Program-made: the position numbers and the translations under genes
Part shown: one piece after another, positions 33,701-45,600 of the stretch
Layout: each line of letters begins with the position of its first letter
How positions within the stretch are numbered: the stretch's first letter is position 1
Notes under the pieces: model-generated
What the model was told of the DNA's origin: nothing
What the model saw: only the letters and a program-made list of their open reading frames with translations
The model's database searches: none
Source: a virus
DNA: 64,000 nucleotides
Strand: one strand, 5' to 3'
Virus record (IMG/VR): IMGVR_UViG_3300017730_000002
Coordinates: 45,287-109,286 of that record

Positions 33701-36598
33701 TTCACCATCTTTATCTGTAACAGTATTTACAATTCTAAATCTTTCTTCATAAAGACTATTAAGCTTTTCTATTACAGGATTATTACTTGACTTGGCCTGA
33801 AGTTTTCTTAAATCATTTAATATTTGATTTTTATCTTGATAGTATTCGCTAGTATATGCAACCTTGGTATTTTTTTCTAAGAATTTGTTTACTTGCTCAT
33901 TGAATAATTCAGGATTAGATTCTTGTGTAATACCTTCTCCAGCTAATACAACATTTATAAAGTGATTATAGTCATCTTCAAATCTTTGCATATCTGTAGA
34001 ATACTCATAAAACTTTTTAGATTCTTTTCTATACTTTCTTCTTACTAGTACTCTTTGAAGTTCTTCACCCTGCTTATACTTACCGTTTATATCTACAAGA
34101 TTGTAGAGTTCATCATACTTTATTTTAGCTTCTTTAGATGCACTAAACTCTAAAAGATCATCGAGATCAGTCCAGGCATCATTTACATTTAATACATTAA
34201 GTTCCTCAAGAGCCTTCTGTCTTTCAACAAATGCTTCTGCAGAAACTTTAGCTGATATAGTTATTTCTCTTTTAGTAGAAGGGTCATATATGGTATTAGG
34301 TTGCTCCCATATTTTTCTAACATTATATACCTCTTGAGTATATGGTCTATGCATATACTTTTCGTGAAAGTCATTAAGCTCCTTAGTAGCCTTTATTATA
34401 GCATCTTTGTCCCCACTTTTGTGTGCAATTTCTAAGTTATTTTGAAGACGATCTCTATCAAATCTCCAACCTTTAAACTTATCAATTACAGAATAAATTT
34501 CATACTCTTCAATTTCATTAGTATTTGGATTTATTTCAGCTACAGTATCCACAAAAAGCAATGCTTCAGCAACCTGTTTAGGATTAGTTATATCTACACC
34601 TGCTGCTTTAAAAAGAGGATTTAATTTTTCACCAATTCTATTAACTTGATTAAGACTTTGTGTTTCTGATAAAGATAACTTGTTCTTTGTATATCTGTAT
34701 ACAGAACCCAGTAAGTCATCTACATTACCCAAAGGAGTATACATTGCTCCTATATTTCCAAGATCTTCTGTTCTACCCTCTAAGTAATTTAAAATAGTAT
34801 CTCTGCTTATCCTTTTTGCAATATAAGTTTTGATATTGTTAATGATAGGTTTACTTGCTGTGGTTTTCCTTGGTAAATTTAAAGATGAAACACTTCTTAC
34901 ATTTTCATTATCTATCTTATTTAAAATATCTTTTACAAAGGCATCTATCTCTTCTTCTGTAAAATTATCTGCTGCCAATAAACGCCTTACTTCTGATTCA
35001 AAGTTCCCCCTAATATTTTCAGACATTGCCTCAGTGTTCTCTTCAAAAAATTGCACCGTAAAATCTTTACTAAGAGTACTTACTAACTGTAAGTTATCTT
35101 CAATACTTTGTGATATGGCAGCAAGTTTATTCATAAAAGGATTTGATCTATCAGAACTTTTTAATCTTAATCTTGCATTATCTATAAATTGTTTTTCAGC
35201 TGCTAAGAGTTTTTTGAAGTATTGAATTTTTGCAATACCGTCTGTAGATAGATGTCTCTTATCTTTTTCAAGTTCTCTTAATATATTATTAATCTTATTT
35301 GAAAAAGTTTCAATCTCACTAATACTGTTTATAAGAGCAATAGATCTAGTTCTTAAATCAGACTCTTGTTCTGCTAAACCATCAGCTACTTTATCAAGAT
35401 TCTCTTCAGATAATCTACCATCTTTTGTTTTAAATGGCGCCACATAATCTCTAATATTTTCCAATACAGCCCTACCACCTTCAGCTTCAAGTTCTTCTTT
35501 TAACTTTTTAGGGCTATTTTTTAATACACGTATTTGATACTGCATTTCTTCACCCATTGTATCAATAGTTTCTTGTAAAGCCTTATCAGAAGATTGACTA
35601 AGATCCTTTAAAAACTGTTCTGTTTCTTTTCTAAAGTCAGCCAAATCAGATTTAATATATTCAAAATCCTCTATTACAAAGTCTTTATTAATCATCATAT
35701 CAACTAACTCATCAAGTGTAGTTGACATTTTAAGTTTCCCAAGATTTACTTTTTTTCCAGCCAATGCCCTAACAACTTGTTTTATAGCATAAAGTATTTT
35801 CTTTAGTAGTTTTTGAAACTCTGTATCATTATCTATAACATCATTTATTATTTCATTCCCACCAAGCTCAATTGCTTTTACTAAAACTTCTTCTTTAAAT
35901 CTATCTGTATTAGGTTCTAGTTCAGGGTATAAATCTTTAACAGAATTTATTATTGCTTTTCCTTTATCTGTACTCGCTGTCTGATCGTAAAGATTATAAA
36001 ATAATTTAGCATTCTGCTTCTGAATGGCTTTCATAAAAGGATGCGCAAATTCATGTAACACATTAGATGAATTGAACTGACCCTCAATAAAATACACTTT
36101 ATCTCCATAGAAAAATGCAGATACACCAGCCTTCAATGGCGTAGGTGAATTTTCTAATAATAGTTCTGCCTCAGTTTGTGTAATAATAACTGAATCTATA
36201 CCAAATATTTTAGTAAACTTATCAGATAATGCTTTTGCAATAAGTTTATCTTTCTCTACCCTTAATCTTTCATCAGTAAAAAGATCATCAGTATCATACA
36301 AGTATCTATCATTGTATTCTATACCAGCTCTTCTAGCATCAAGCCTTTGAACTTGTCTTGCTTCTTCTATTTCTAGATTTAGCTCCTCTTCAAAGTATTG
36401 ATTTACTAAACCTGGCGATATGTATATATCTCTTTCTACAGTATCACCTAATCTAAATGTCACAACTTCTTCTCCAAATCTTTGATTTATAGTATTAGCT
36501 AAAGCTCTAGCATTTTTAATATTCATACCAAGTCCTGCGCTAGATAATCTATCTACTACATCATAAAGGTTAGATTTTATTTGTTTTCTACAAGGCAT
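30761..36598 (-). CDS. Giant virion/ejection protein with zincin-like domain and LysM domain
   Basis: VLHEFAH...EEVL near the N-terminus; LysM HTVGEGNTLESIAKQYSIPVEKLMAKN...LEPGEKLII; hydrophobic C-terminal helices. Confidence 0.8.
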   Translation of the reverse strand: MPCRKQIKSNLYDVVDRLSSAGLGMNIKNARALANTINQRFGEEVVTFRLGDTVERDIYISPGLVNQYFEEELNLEIEEARQVQRLDARRAGIEYNDRYLYDTDDLFTDERLRVEKDKLIAKALSDKFTKIFGIDSVIITQTEAELLLENSPTPLKAGVSAFFYGDKVYFIEGQFNSSNVLHEFAHPFMKAIQKQNAKLFYNLYDQTASTDKGKAIINSVKDLYPELEPNTDRFKEEVLVKAIELGGNEIINDVIDNDTEFQKLLKKILYAIKQVVRALAGKKVNLGKLKMSTTLDELVDMMINKDFVIEDFEYIKSDLADFRKETEQFLKDLSQSSDKALQETIDTMGEEMQYQIRVLKNSPKKLKEELEAEGGRAVLENIRDYVAPFKTKDGRLSEENLDKVADGLAEQESDLRTRSIALINSISEIETFSNKINNILRELEKDKRHLSTDGIAKIQYFKKLLAAEKQFIDNARLRLKSSDRSNPFMNKLAAISQSIEDNLQLVSTLSKDFTVQFFEENTEAMSENIRGNFESEVRRLLAADNFTEEEIDAFVKDILNKIDNENVRSVSSLNLPRKTTASKPIINNIKTYIAKRISRDTILNYLEGRTEDLGNIGAMYTPLGNVDDLLGSVYRYTKNKLSLSETQSLNQVNRIGEKLNPLFKAAGVDITNPKQVAEALLFVDTVAEINPNTNEIEEYEIYSVIDKFKGWRFDRDRLQNNLEIAHKSGDKDAIIKATKELNDFHEKYMHRPYTQEVYNVRKIWEQPNTIYDPSTKREITISAKVSAEAFVERQKALEELNVLNVNDAWTDLDDLLEFSASKEAKIKYDELYNLVDINGKYKQGEELQRVLVRRKYRKESKKFYEYSTDMQRFEDDYNHFINVVLAGEGITQESNPELFNEQVNKFLEKNTKVAYTSEYYQDKNQILNDLRKLQAKSSNNPVIEKLNSLYEERFRIVNTVTDKDGEPNGRDLNSIQIERLKTIENEIVAQNLLFDRKTGLSKAESRTLNQLNFKISKKAKLSADELKVFQDLTTRQNEFGMTSIEIGNMRNLYSKLNALRNITPTDNYIAAFNDALEGTGADPVTAETVEDFVLDKVALNKIFNETEGGSVFEEWFYKNHFERDMYDGEKMSPGFVRLKVWSLERPSNKNHYKTTSIKDSEGNTINIQGVPIAKYSTSTIKDKYRTIPMGADRSQYVGTIIDNRGNFLPKEFTGDVINGAFDDKYQNKKFYEMQSKNDAKFKLLQGYKKELLDLQKDAVLSSRMYLDLPRFRQRTNVEAFTSGQTAAKLKAKKEQVSTALEYVSSYVQGKKDDAEDGFNFDESLIYIPTDLEGNRITRVPVRGMYKLSLAETSTDAMRSIWDYLYSLNEQKALMEDEPVMNAILGIISDDENAIKNLNVASRNTGKISSRLNLISKNKGEDKRITALREFIDRTYYGQRVSEFQQNNRPLTKAMRALSGNAARAFFALNPQSSLKNRGGMQFNKAIEAAGGKYLDARTLVRGKYRAAKATWQMGTVGNYARGAKPMDVQISEAFDMAPGKSRTEFGESTTRTLVTDFFDGKWLYSDRKLMEQNSAMELGFGIMYKQMVDVMQPDGTVKQIPYADAWTTDEDGVLKLKEGVDPEYSHVPINHTVGEGNTLESIAKQYSIPVEKLMAKNKIKSKRKLEPGEKLIISKSTQFNNLKLIIADANARLNGITNKIDSPLAEKYLGYSLATFSRRFLTGMVLNRFQFDTAKNNLFGDVYNWNTNELTRGYYIDAIDSLRKMLTTGQYRSKYMTDREKAAWRKIVTETAYLAILGLAAGLLFGYDPGDEDRFKKIRERQEKDYPFLIGWSGNQILYQLIMIQKENRLFLPIWGAKDQLSMIDSSTIMLGPTVVAYVRILNDLYNLATGSEKAYYKQDVGYYDWQKEGSNKIWNHLGQTIGLTGKNLSPMWAIKKNEQFENLR

Positions 36599-36619
36599 AA
36601 TTCTTTTTTATAAATATAA

Positions 36620-39600
36620 TTAAAATCCACAGAAATCATCTGTTCTATCTATTGGAGGTTTACCCTTAGGTCCAAATTCTTTTTTAACATCTTCTTCAAA
36701 TTTACTTAAGTCTCTCTGATCCATACGGAGAGTACCATCTGGATTACGTACTACTCTTCCAGATAAATATCCTGGAGGTTGATCACCAGTTGTTGTATCG
36801 GTAGTAAAATCAGTATTAAGATTTCTTCTAGTTAAAAAGCTATCTGTAAGAATTTGTAGAACTTGTTTATTAGATAAAAGATTTAATAACCACTTGGTAA
36901 ACTTCTTCCACCAGTTTAGAGCTTCACCTTTTTGTGCTACTACTTGTTCTCCTATAGCTTGAACTAAAGCTTCTTCCCCACCAAATCTTCTTATTCCTTC
37001 CTGAACAAGTTCATTGTCTCTAAAGTATGCAATGTAATGATGAGCATACTCATGAGGCAAAGTATCTTGTTTTTGGTTTGCCGCATCAATTAAAACAGTC
37101 ATAGCTTTTATATTAGCCTGACCTATAATTTTATCTTTGTAAGTTTGATTTAATAAATATAAATCACTAAATACATTAGTAGTGCTACCATAAACAAGTT
37201 TATTTGTTAAACGACTGTTTAAATCAGTTAAGTCTGCTAACTTTTGAAAAGGTGCTTCATAACCAGTAAACAAGCTCTCCTGAACTTTATCCCATTGATC
37301 TGTAGCAGTCATAGAAAGCACTCCTTCAGCTATACCATTGTTTAAGTCTTTAAATAACTTACCACTTGATTCTGCAGTTACAGCATTTAAGAACCAACCT
37401 GGAACTGGAGCCATTATATCTCCTGCTGTATTTATATCTTTATCGTCTGCAGTAAATTCATCTTTATTAGCAAGTACATATTTAACCAAGTCTTGTTTAG
37501 CTTTTAATTTTACATACTCTTCATTTTTTTTACGTTCAAGTAAGTCATTACTATTATGAAAATAGGTAGGGCTTGTTAGTCCTCGCAAACCATCAGTAAT
37601 ACCATTAGTAGCTAGGATATCTTCTGCTAAATCACCAAGACCACTTTCTATGGCAGATGATGGTGCAGGTCCGTAATAATGCTCCCAAGACAGCTCAAAC
37701 TGAGATATCCTTCCTTTAACAAGATCAGCTTTTCTTTGCTCAGGTGTTTGAAATTGTACTTTAAGTCTTTGTTTTAATAACTCCTTTTCTAAGTTTTCTA
37801 AAGCTACATAATCAATTCCTTTTTTGATTCTGTCTGTATTATTTTTAAAATCTTTTAAAGCAAGTTGTGCATCAATCCAACGATCATCAGATGATGTGAC
37901 TTCTTCACCACTATAATATGTTACATCTTTATATAACTTTTCCCCAGTAACTGGATCTTTTCCAGCACGTTCTCTTCGTTTAGAAGGTACTCTTTCATAT
38001 AACTTATCTAGTTTACCATTTATAAAGTTATATGTATATATACCTTCTTTTCCTTGTAAGTTAAAATCTCTACGAACACCAGGAAATGTTTTAGTAATGT
38101 ATGGACTCATACTTTGACCAATATCAAAATAATTCTGAGCAGTTACAAAAAGTTCAAATAAATCCTTTTTAGTTTTTGTACCATTATCAAATCCTGAAAT
38201 AGTATCTTTAATCTTTTTAATTTCTAGATCTGCTAAATACTCAAGATCTTTATCGGCTTGTTCAGCTATTTCAATGTCTTTAATGTATTGAGGATTATTA
38301 GGATCCATACCGCTTTTTTCTCCTTCCTCAAGTCTTTTAAGTTCTTGTTGAGTTGACCAATCAAGAATTTCTTCACCGTAAGTATCATATAATAAATAAC
38401 CTAATGCATAAACATCTAAAGTAACTCTACCTCCATACTCTACGTTTATATACTTATAAGGATCACTCTTTATAGCATTTTCCATTGTAGCTAAAAAAGC
38501 TACTTTATTTTTACGGCTAAATGCATAAAATTGAGAAGCGGCTTTTTTTAAAGGTGCTGTTAATTCTGCAATAACTTTTTGCGTTGTTTCTTGAGATCTT
38601 TTCATCTCCTGATTGAACACATCTGGACTAGAATCAAATCCAATGGGATCATTTGTAAAATTCAGCTTTATGTTAGGATACTTTTCTCTTAATACAGCTT
38701 CAATTTTCTTAGATAACTCTTCACTAAATTTAGTATCAAATCCAGTGGTGTCAGGACCTAAAATTATTTCAGGGTTTCTACTCACAAAACTTTCAAAACC
38801 TTTTAAGTCAGCTTCATTACCTAGTATATGTATTTGATCTATATCATATACCACATAAATATCTGTAGGAGTTGGATCCATTGTATTTTTTATAATAGAA
38901 GAATCCTTATTAGTTTCTTTATCTTCTTTTATAATAGCAGCAAATGACTTATCTCTTCTAGTTTGTTCTTTTTGCGTATAAGTACCAGGATTTTTCATAT
39001 CCAAAATAACTTTAACTAAATTTCCATCAAATGCAGAAAAACCTTCTTCTCTTGTTTTTTTTATAAACTCAGAAGCTTCTTTAAATGTTAAGTTCTTTCT
39101 TATTCTTTCATCAGATTGAAAAGCATCTCCAGTTTGTTTAGGTTTTAAATAGACAGCATATTTAATCTTGTTATCATAAAATTCATTTGCTTTTGCAAGT
39201 CTACCTTTTTTAAATGCATATAATGTAAAAGAACCACCGTCATCATCCATTACATTTCGAGGCTTTTCAAAAAATTCCTCTTGCTGTTCTAAAGTTGATT
39301 TATCATATAAAGTCTTTAATATACCATTAGCATCAATAGTATCTTGTTCTATGTATGTACTAAAAGGGTCCGCTGTTAAATATTCTAAAGCTGTTGAAGG
39401 GTTATCTGCAAAAAAGAACCCTTCTTGTGCAGATGAAGATCTAGTATAAGATCCAAGTTTTTCTTTTGAAAATGGTTTAAAATTTTCATCAGTACCATGA
39501 TATAAAATATCTTTTACTTGACTATTTGGGAATATAGATTGTATGTATTCAGCATATTGTTCTTTTGTACCAATAGCAGCAAGCTCAGGATTTTCAGAAA

Positions 39601-42600
39601 ACAGCACATCTATTTCAGGATTAACTTGATCAGTAACCATTAGCTTACTAAACTCGTCATTGAAGATAATGTTAGATGGTATAGGTCCTGCAGATGCAAA
39701 CATCTCTGCCATCTCTAAAGGACTATATCCATTTAGATTTCTACCTTGTGTTGTGTATAAAACATATGCATTTCTACTAGGATTTTTTGTATAGTAGTCA
39801 TACATATTTTTTATTTGATTTATAATCTCATCTTTAGGAACCTGTCTAGCAGGATCATCCATAGGAAGTTGCCAATCAGTTACGGTTTGTATTGCATAAG
39901 ATGAACCTTCCGTACCTGTTTGAAATCCTCTAGGTTGGCCTACTATAACTCTAAGACCCTTACCTTCAATCTTTTGTTTTTTATATGCTCTAGAATCATT
40001 AGCATATAGAATACCAGCTGTACCTCCACCGTGGAATCCATCTTGATTAGATCCAAATACAGTATCTTCATTACCTTTTAGGTTTTTAATATCAACAAGA
40101 CCTGTATAAGTTTTAACCTTAGCAGGCGGTTGAGTAGATTTATCTATGTTTCCACTTTTTACAGCATTATGTCTAAGTGTAATACTAAATCTTTTAGACT
40201 TATTTCCTTCAGCATCTATACCATGTTTATAATTGATTTGCCCATCTTTACCCATTATTAAACCTAGGCCAGATTTCATAGATATTTTATATTCTTTTTT
40301 ACCCTTTAGAATCATAGTTCTTTCATCACCAAAACTTATAGTTACTACAGAAGGATTTAACTTACCTTTATTATTTAATATAGGCTCGTTGTCTGTATGG
40401 AATCCTATTTTTTGACTACCATCCTTATATTCATTTATAAGAACCATATCAAAGTATCCATCCTCAAAACCTAAATCTCTAGTTATTTTAGAGACCAACC
40501 TTTGAAGTTCAACACTTCCTGTATTAGCAGGCCTAGTTGTCCCTGAATAAGAATAACTTTCATCAGAAAAATACATACTGCGTCTACCCCTACCAAATTT
40601 ATCAGAAGACTTATGCTCAGATTCATAAGTTTGATCATACAATGTTTCTATAAAATCAAAAACTTTTTTAGACTCTTCGTTTGTAAAAACTTGTTTAGTA
40701 AAAACTTCGGCATCTTCTACATTAACACTTTTTAAACCCTTGGTATTTACTAAACCATTAGTAAGTAAAGTTGCAATGTCTAAATCACTACTTTGATCTG
40801 TTGGTTGAACAGGAGCTATAGGAGCACCATATTCTTTAGGATCTACCACTAAGTCTATAAACTTATCGGTTGACATTTTACCAAATTTTAAAAGCTTCTT
40901 AAATACAAATTCAAAAGTAGCATCATTGCTTTGAGCATCTGTGAAATTCTGACCAGCTACATTCATTATATTTACAAAGTTCTCATAAGGAAGAACATCA
41001 ATCATTGAATCTCTATTATATCCACCTGTACCATTTTGATATATAGATATCAAAGGTAACCTCGCAAATAATCTAGACAATCTTAAGTTCTCAGCTCTAT
41101 CAGCTACTTTCTTTACAGCAGGGTCTGCAAGATCTTTTAAGTTTTGGTAATAGATATCGCCAAGACCTTCTGTCTTTTTTACTTGAGATATGTTTCGTAA
41201 TGATAAAACTTTTATACCAACATTATCACCAAACTGTTTAGGAATATAAAGCTGCTCAAGTATAGGATACTTTTGCTTTAAATCTGCATTTCTGTCTATA
41301 CTGTCAATTACAGTTTGTGAATAAGAATAAGCTCCTGTTCCCATAATTACAGATCTATTATAAGAATCCAGAAGCGCTTCTTTATTCAAGAAGTATTCAT
41401 AGGCTTGTTTTGTAGCATTCTCTTCAGTAAAATTAAACTGAGTTTTTAAAGTATTCTTAACAGCAATAAATTCTTTGTCACTAGATATATTTTCTAGTGG
41501 TATTCTAGATCTTAAATACTCTCTTGCTATTACATACTTTTTATACTGTATAACATTATCAAATATATCTTTATTAAAAGTTCTTAGACCTTCTTTAGGA
41601 TATGTTATAGAATTTTTTAGATAAGCTTTGTTAAAAAAGTCTCTTTCTATTTTAGCATTATCTACATATATAACATCTGACTGTTCTGTCATATTAGCCA
41701 TTGCACCTCTTTCTACACCTTCTCTGTTTATAATCTTACGGCCCATGTATGTTTCAGGAGTAGATGTTAGCTTACCATTAGAATCCACAAAACCTGTCTG
41801 ATAGTTTTGGAATATATAATCCATCAAACTATCTTTAAATCTTGTTATAAGTAAAGACTTCTCATCTCTGGTTGCTCTTATAAAAGGAAGTTCTCTCTTA
41901 AGAAAATCATTAACTCTGTCATTATTTCTAAATTGAAACACAGGAGTTACAATATCTTTAATAAGATCACCTATCCTGAAGCTACTTAATATAGATTCTT
42001 CTCTTAGTTTTCTTACAAGCTGTTGATCCACCTTTGTTAGATCAGCTAAACCTTCATAATTAGCTTCTTTAAGAATTATTTCTTGTAGTGTTCTTGATGT
42101 AGTTGTATCAGGATTAGACTGAAGCTTTAAACTTGTCAAACCTTTTAACTGCTTTTCAATTTCTAAGAAATGAAGAAACATATTTAATCCTACGTTATTT
42201 GCTCTAGGATCATTTGAAATAGTATCTCTATTTACAGAAGCCATATCACTAGTAGTAAAGACATCCTTATCTCCCATTCTTCTACTTAAAACATCATAGA
42301 AGTTTTTATTAGTTATATACTGGTATACCGTAATATCTTGATAATCTTCTGTTGTAAACTCAAGTAAGCTACCCTTTCTATTTTGTTCAAGAGCTATTTT
42401 TTCAATAGTTCTACCTGCAGCTTCGTATTTTACAAACTGGCGCTCAACACCTTCTGTTGAATACTCGCTACCCAGCTTTCTCTGTTGAGCAGCGTATTCT
42501 ATTACATAAGGGTTAGATACAAACTGTACTGCTGACTTAATTGGAACACCAGCTTTTATTAAGTACAAAAGTATCGGAGCTACCTCTCTATTACCTTGAA

Positions 42601-45600
42601 TGTTAAACACCCAAGGATCCTTTTCAATATCTACAAATCCATTTAACAATTGATTATAAAGCTCATTAATGTTATTACCATCTTTTGCTGTAACATCCGA
42701 TATTGATATAGATCCATCAGGAAACTCATTATGTGGTAAGAATAGTCTCATATTATAATCACCATCTGTAAGTGTCCAGCCGCTTTTTATAAAATTAGGA
42801 AGACTTGTCTCTTTAATTACTTCTCTTTTGCCTGCTTTATCTACTACAGTAACGGCTTTAACATATCTCTTAGTTGCATTATCATATATTTCTGGAGAGT
42901 ATTTTTTAGGCATCTTACCTCCTTGGCTGTTTATTATAGGACTTAATGCATTTTCTATAGCTACAATACCAAGTACTCTTTTACCTATCATGTTCTCAGT
43001 ATGCTTCTGTAAATTATAGATAGGCTCGATTGTTCTTGTTGGACTTATAACCTTTGTCTCTTTGCCGTTTTTATCTACTTTAATTTTGACACCTTGACTT
43101 CTGTTAGCGTATCTATCATAAGTTGCTACATCATCTCCAATTTCATCAGCTATCTCTTCTTTTAATAAATAAGTAGCATTAGGTTTTACTAAGTTAGCAT
43201 AGTTAGATTTTAGACTAAGTATCTCAGCCATGTTAAACATTATATCATTTTGTAAAGCAAGCTTCTTAGTATTAAATATCTTTTTCTGAGTAGCTTCAGT
43301 AGACATGTTTGCCATCTCAATAGTCTTTTCTACAGAAGAATTATATTCAGTCAAAGACCCATCAGAATTTATGTTAGGAAAAAATATATTAAGCTTATCA
43401 ATATCAAAGTCAGATCCTGATTTAGCAACTATCTCTGTTGGAAGTATTATAATGTTACCCGCACTTGCTGGAAGAAATTCATGAACCTCACCAAATTCCA
43501 TATAGTTAATACCTCCAACAGGAATACGTGTACCTACTATGGTAACCTTTTTTCTATTTTCACCATTATTAGCATCTAACCACTTTTCGTCCTTTATAAG
43601 CTTATTTAAATTAGCTAAACTAGCCTCTTCATCTAAAACTCTAGTTGTATTTTCTACACCAGAATCATCTATATATGTTTCTTCTCTATATACAGCAACG
43701 TCATCAAGTCTTAAAAGATTTTTAAAACTACCTTGCATCGCAATAGCTACTTTCATACCTGCAGTACTACCATCTTCTGGTTTAGTTCTGTAAAAAGGTA
43801 AATCGTTTGTACCTCGATATTTTTGAATGTCTGCTGTACTTGCTGTTTTGTACTCAGCTTGATTCCACATACCGTTGGTCAAAGCACTAGAAACTTGAAC
43901 TAAAGACTCACCATTAATTCTTTGATTAATAATTCTTTTTTGAATTAGATTAATTATCATTGACTCAATATCACCAGCTTTAAAGTGATATGATAAATCA
44001 GTTTCTAAAGTTCCATTTACATTCTTTCCTACAAATTCTATTTGATGTTCAGGGACATTTCTTCTGCCTAATTCTCTTTGAACTAAGCTTAAGAAGTTAT
44101 TAATATTACCTATATACTTATCGCCTTCTTTTCTATATCCTATTTCAGACAAAAGCTCTTCTTCTAAAATCTTTTCATAATCACTTATCAATTTAGCGTA
44201 TCTTTCTGCAGCATCCTTAGCATCAGGATCTGTAATAATACCTCTATTATAGAGATCTTTTAAGATCATTTTTCTAAACTGAGTAGAAAATATAGTTTGT
44301 TTTTTAAACTTCTTTGGAACGCCTGTTACATTTTTAAGATACTCTACGTAGATAGTATTCATAGTAAAGTCAATATCACCCTTTAGTGTATCTTGCTCTT
44401 TATTCTCAGCATCAAAAATTATATCAGCGCCTTCTGGATTAGATGCTATATGTGAAACTTTAGAACCTGTCTTAAATAAAGAATAGTGAATACTTTTATC
44501 CATCATTTGTTCATGAAGACTTTCTAATTCACCAGTCATTACCCCAGGTATCAATGGCATAAGTGAAAATTTATGCATTGAATTAACAGGTAACTTAGCT
44601 TGTTTTATACTACCTGAATAGAATAACTTATATGGCGGAAAGAATTCAGTAACTTCATTTATACCCACATATTCTCCTCTAGAAATTTTTTGAAACAAAG
44701 CTTCTTGCTCATAGCTCCAATCATTTTCTAAAAATCTTAAAGATCTGTATGCATCAAAAGTAATATAACCTTGGCCATCAGCCTCTTCCATTCCTTTATA
44801 AACACTGAGATCTCTCTTTACAAGTTCATCTACTCTAGCTTTATCAAAGTTTTTACTATAGAATTCTCTGAGACCCTTTTCTATCTGATCTAAATATTCA
44901 CTGTCTCTTTCAATGTCTTTCATAATAGCAGTATTTAAACTACCATCATACCTAAGAGTCTTCTTACCATTTTGCTCTGCATAAGAAGTCTTTTTTAAAT
45001 GACCATTAACGAATGTCTGAGCTGCTTTATCTACTCTAAAAGTTTTACCACCAGACTTAGTACCAGGAGATCTTTTTGAAAGCTCTTCTTTCTCATGATT
45101 GTATTGTGATAAATCACCTTCAAGTAAATTTGCAGTTTCAAAATTATGAATCCATGAATTATACACATAAGCCGCAGCTAATAATTTCTGTTGTCCAAGT
45201 GGATCTTCAGTAATTTTATTAACCTCTTCTAATAAGTTCTTACTTAAATAGTCATTTTCTGCAATTTTTAACCGAACCTCAGTTGCTAACTTATTAAAAT
45301 ACTCATTTATTTCACCTTTTATCTTAGCTTGTAATGTGATGTTTTCATTTTCTAAATAAGATTCTAAATCAAAAAACTTACCTTCATTTTTATCAATGAT
45401 GTCATATATTTCTTGCTTAGTATCATCAGTTAATACGTCATCAAATATTGTAAATGACTCACCTGCCATTCTACCATTAGTAAGTTTATTATTAAATCCT
45501 ACATAGTTTTTAAACTCTGGGTTACTCTTAAACTTATGGATCCTGTTAGCTTCAGAAGCTAAGTAGCCCAATATAAACTCATTGTTTATTAACTCTTGAG

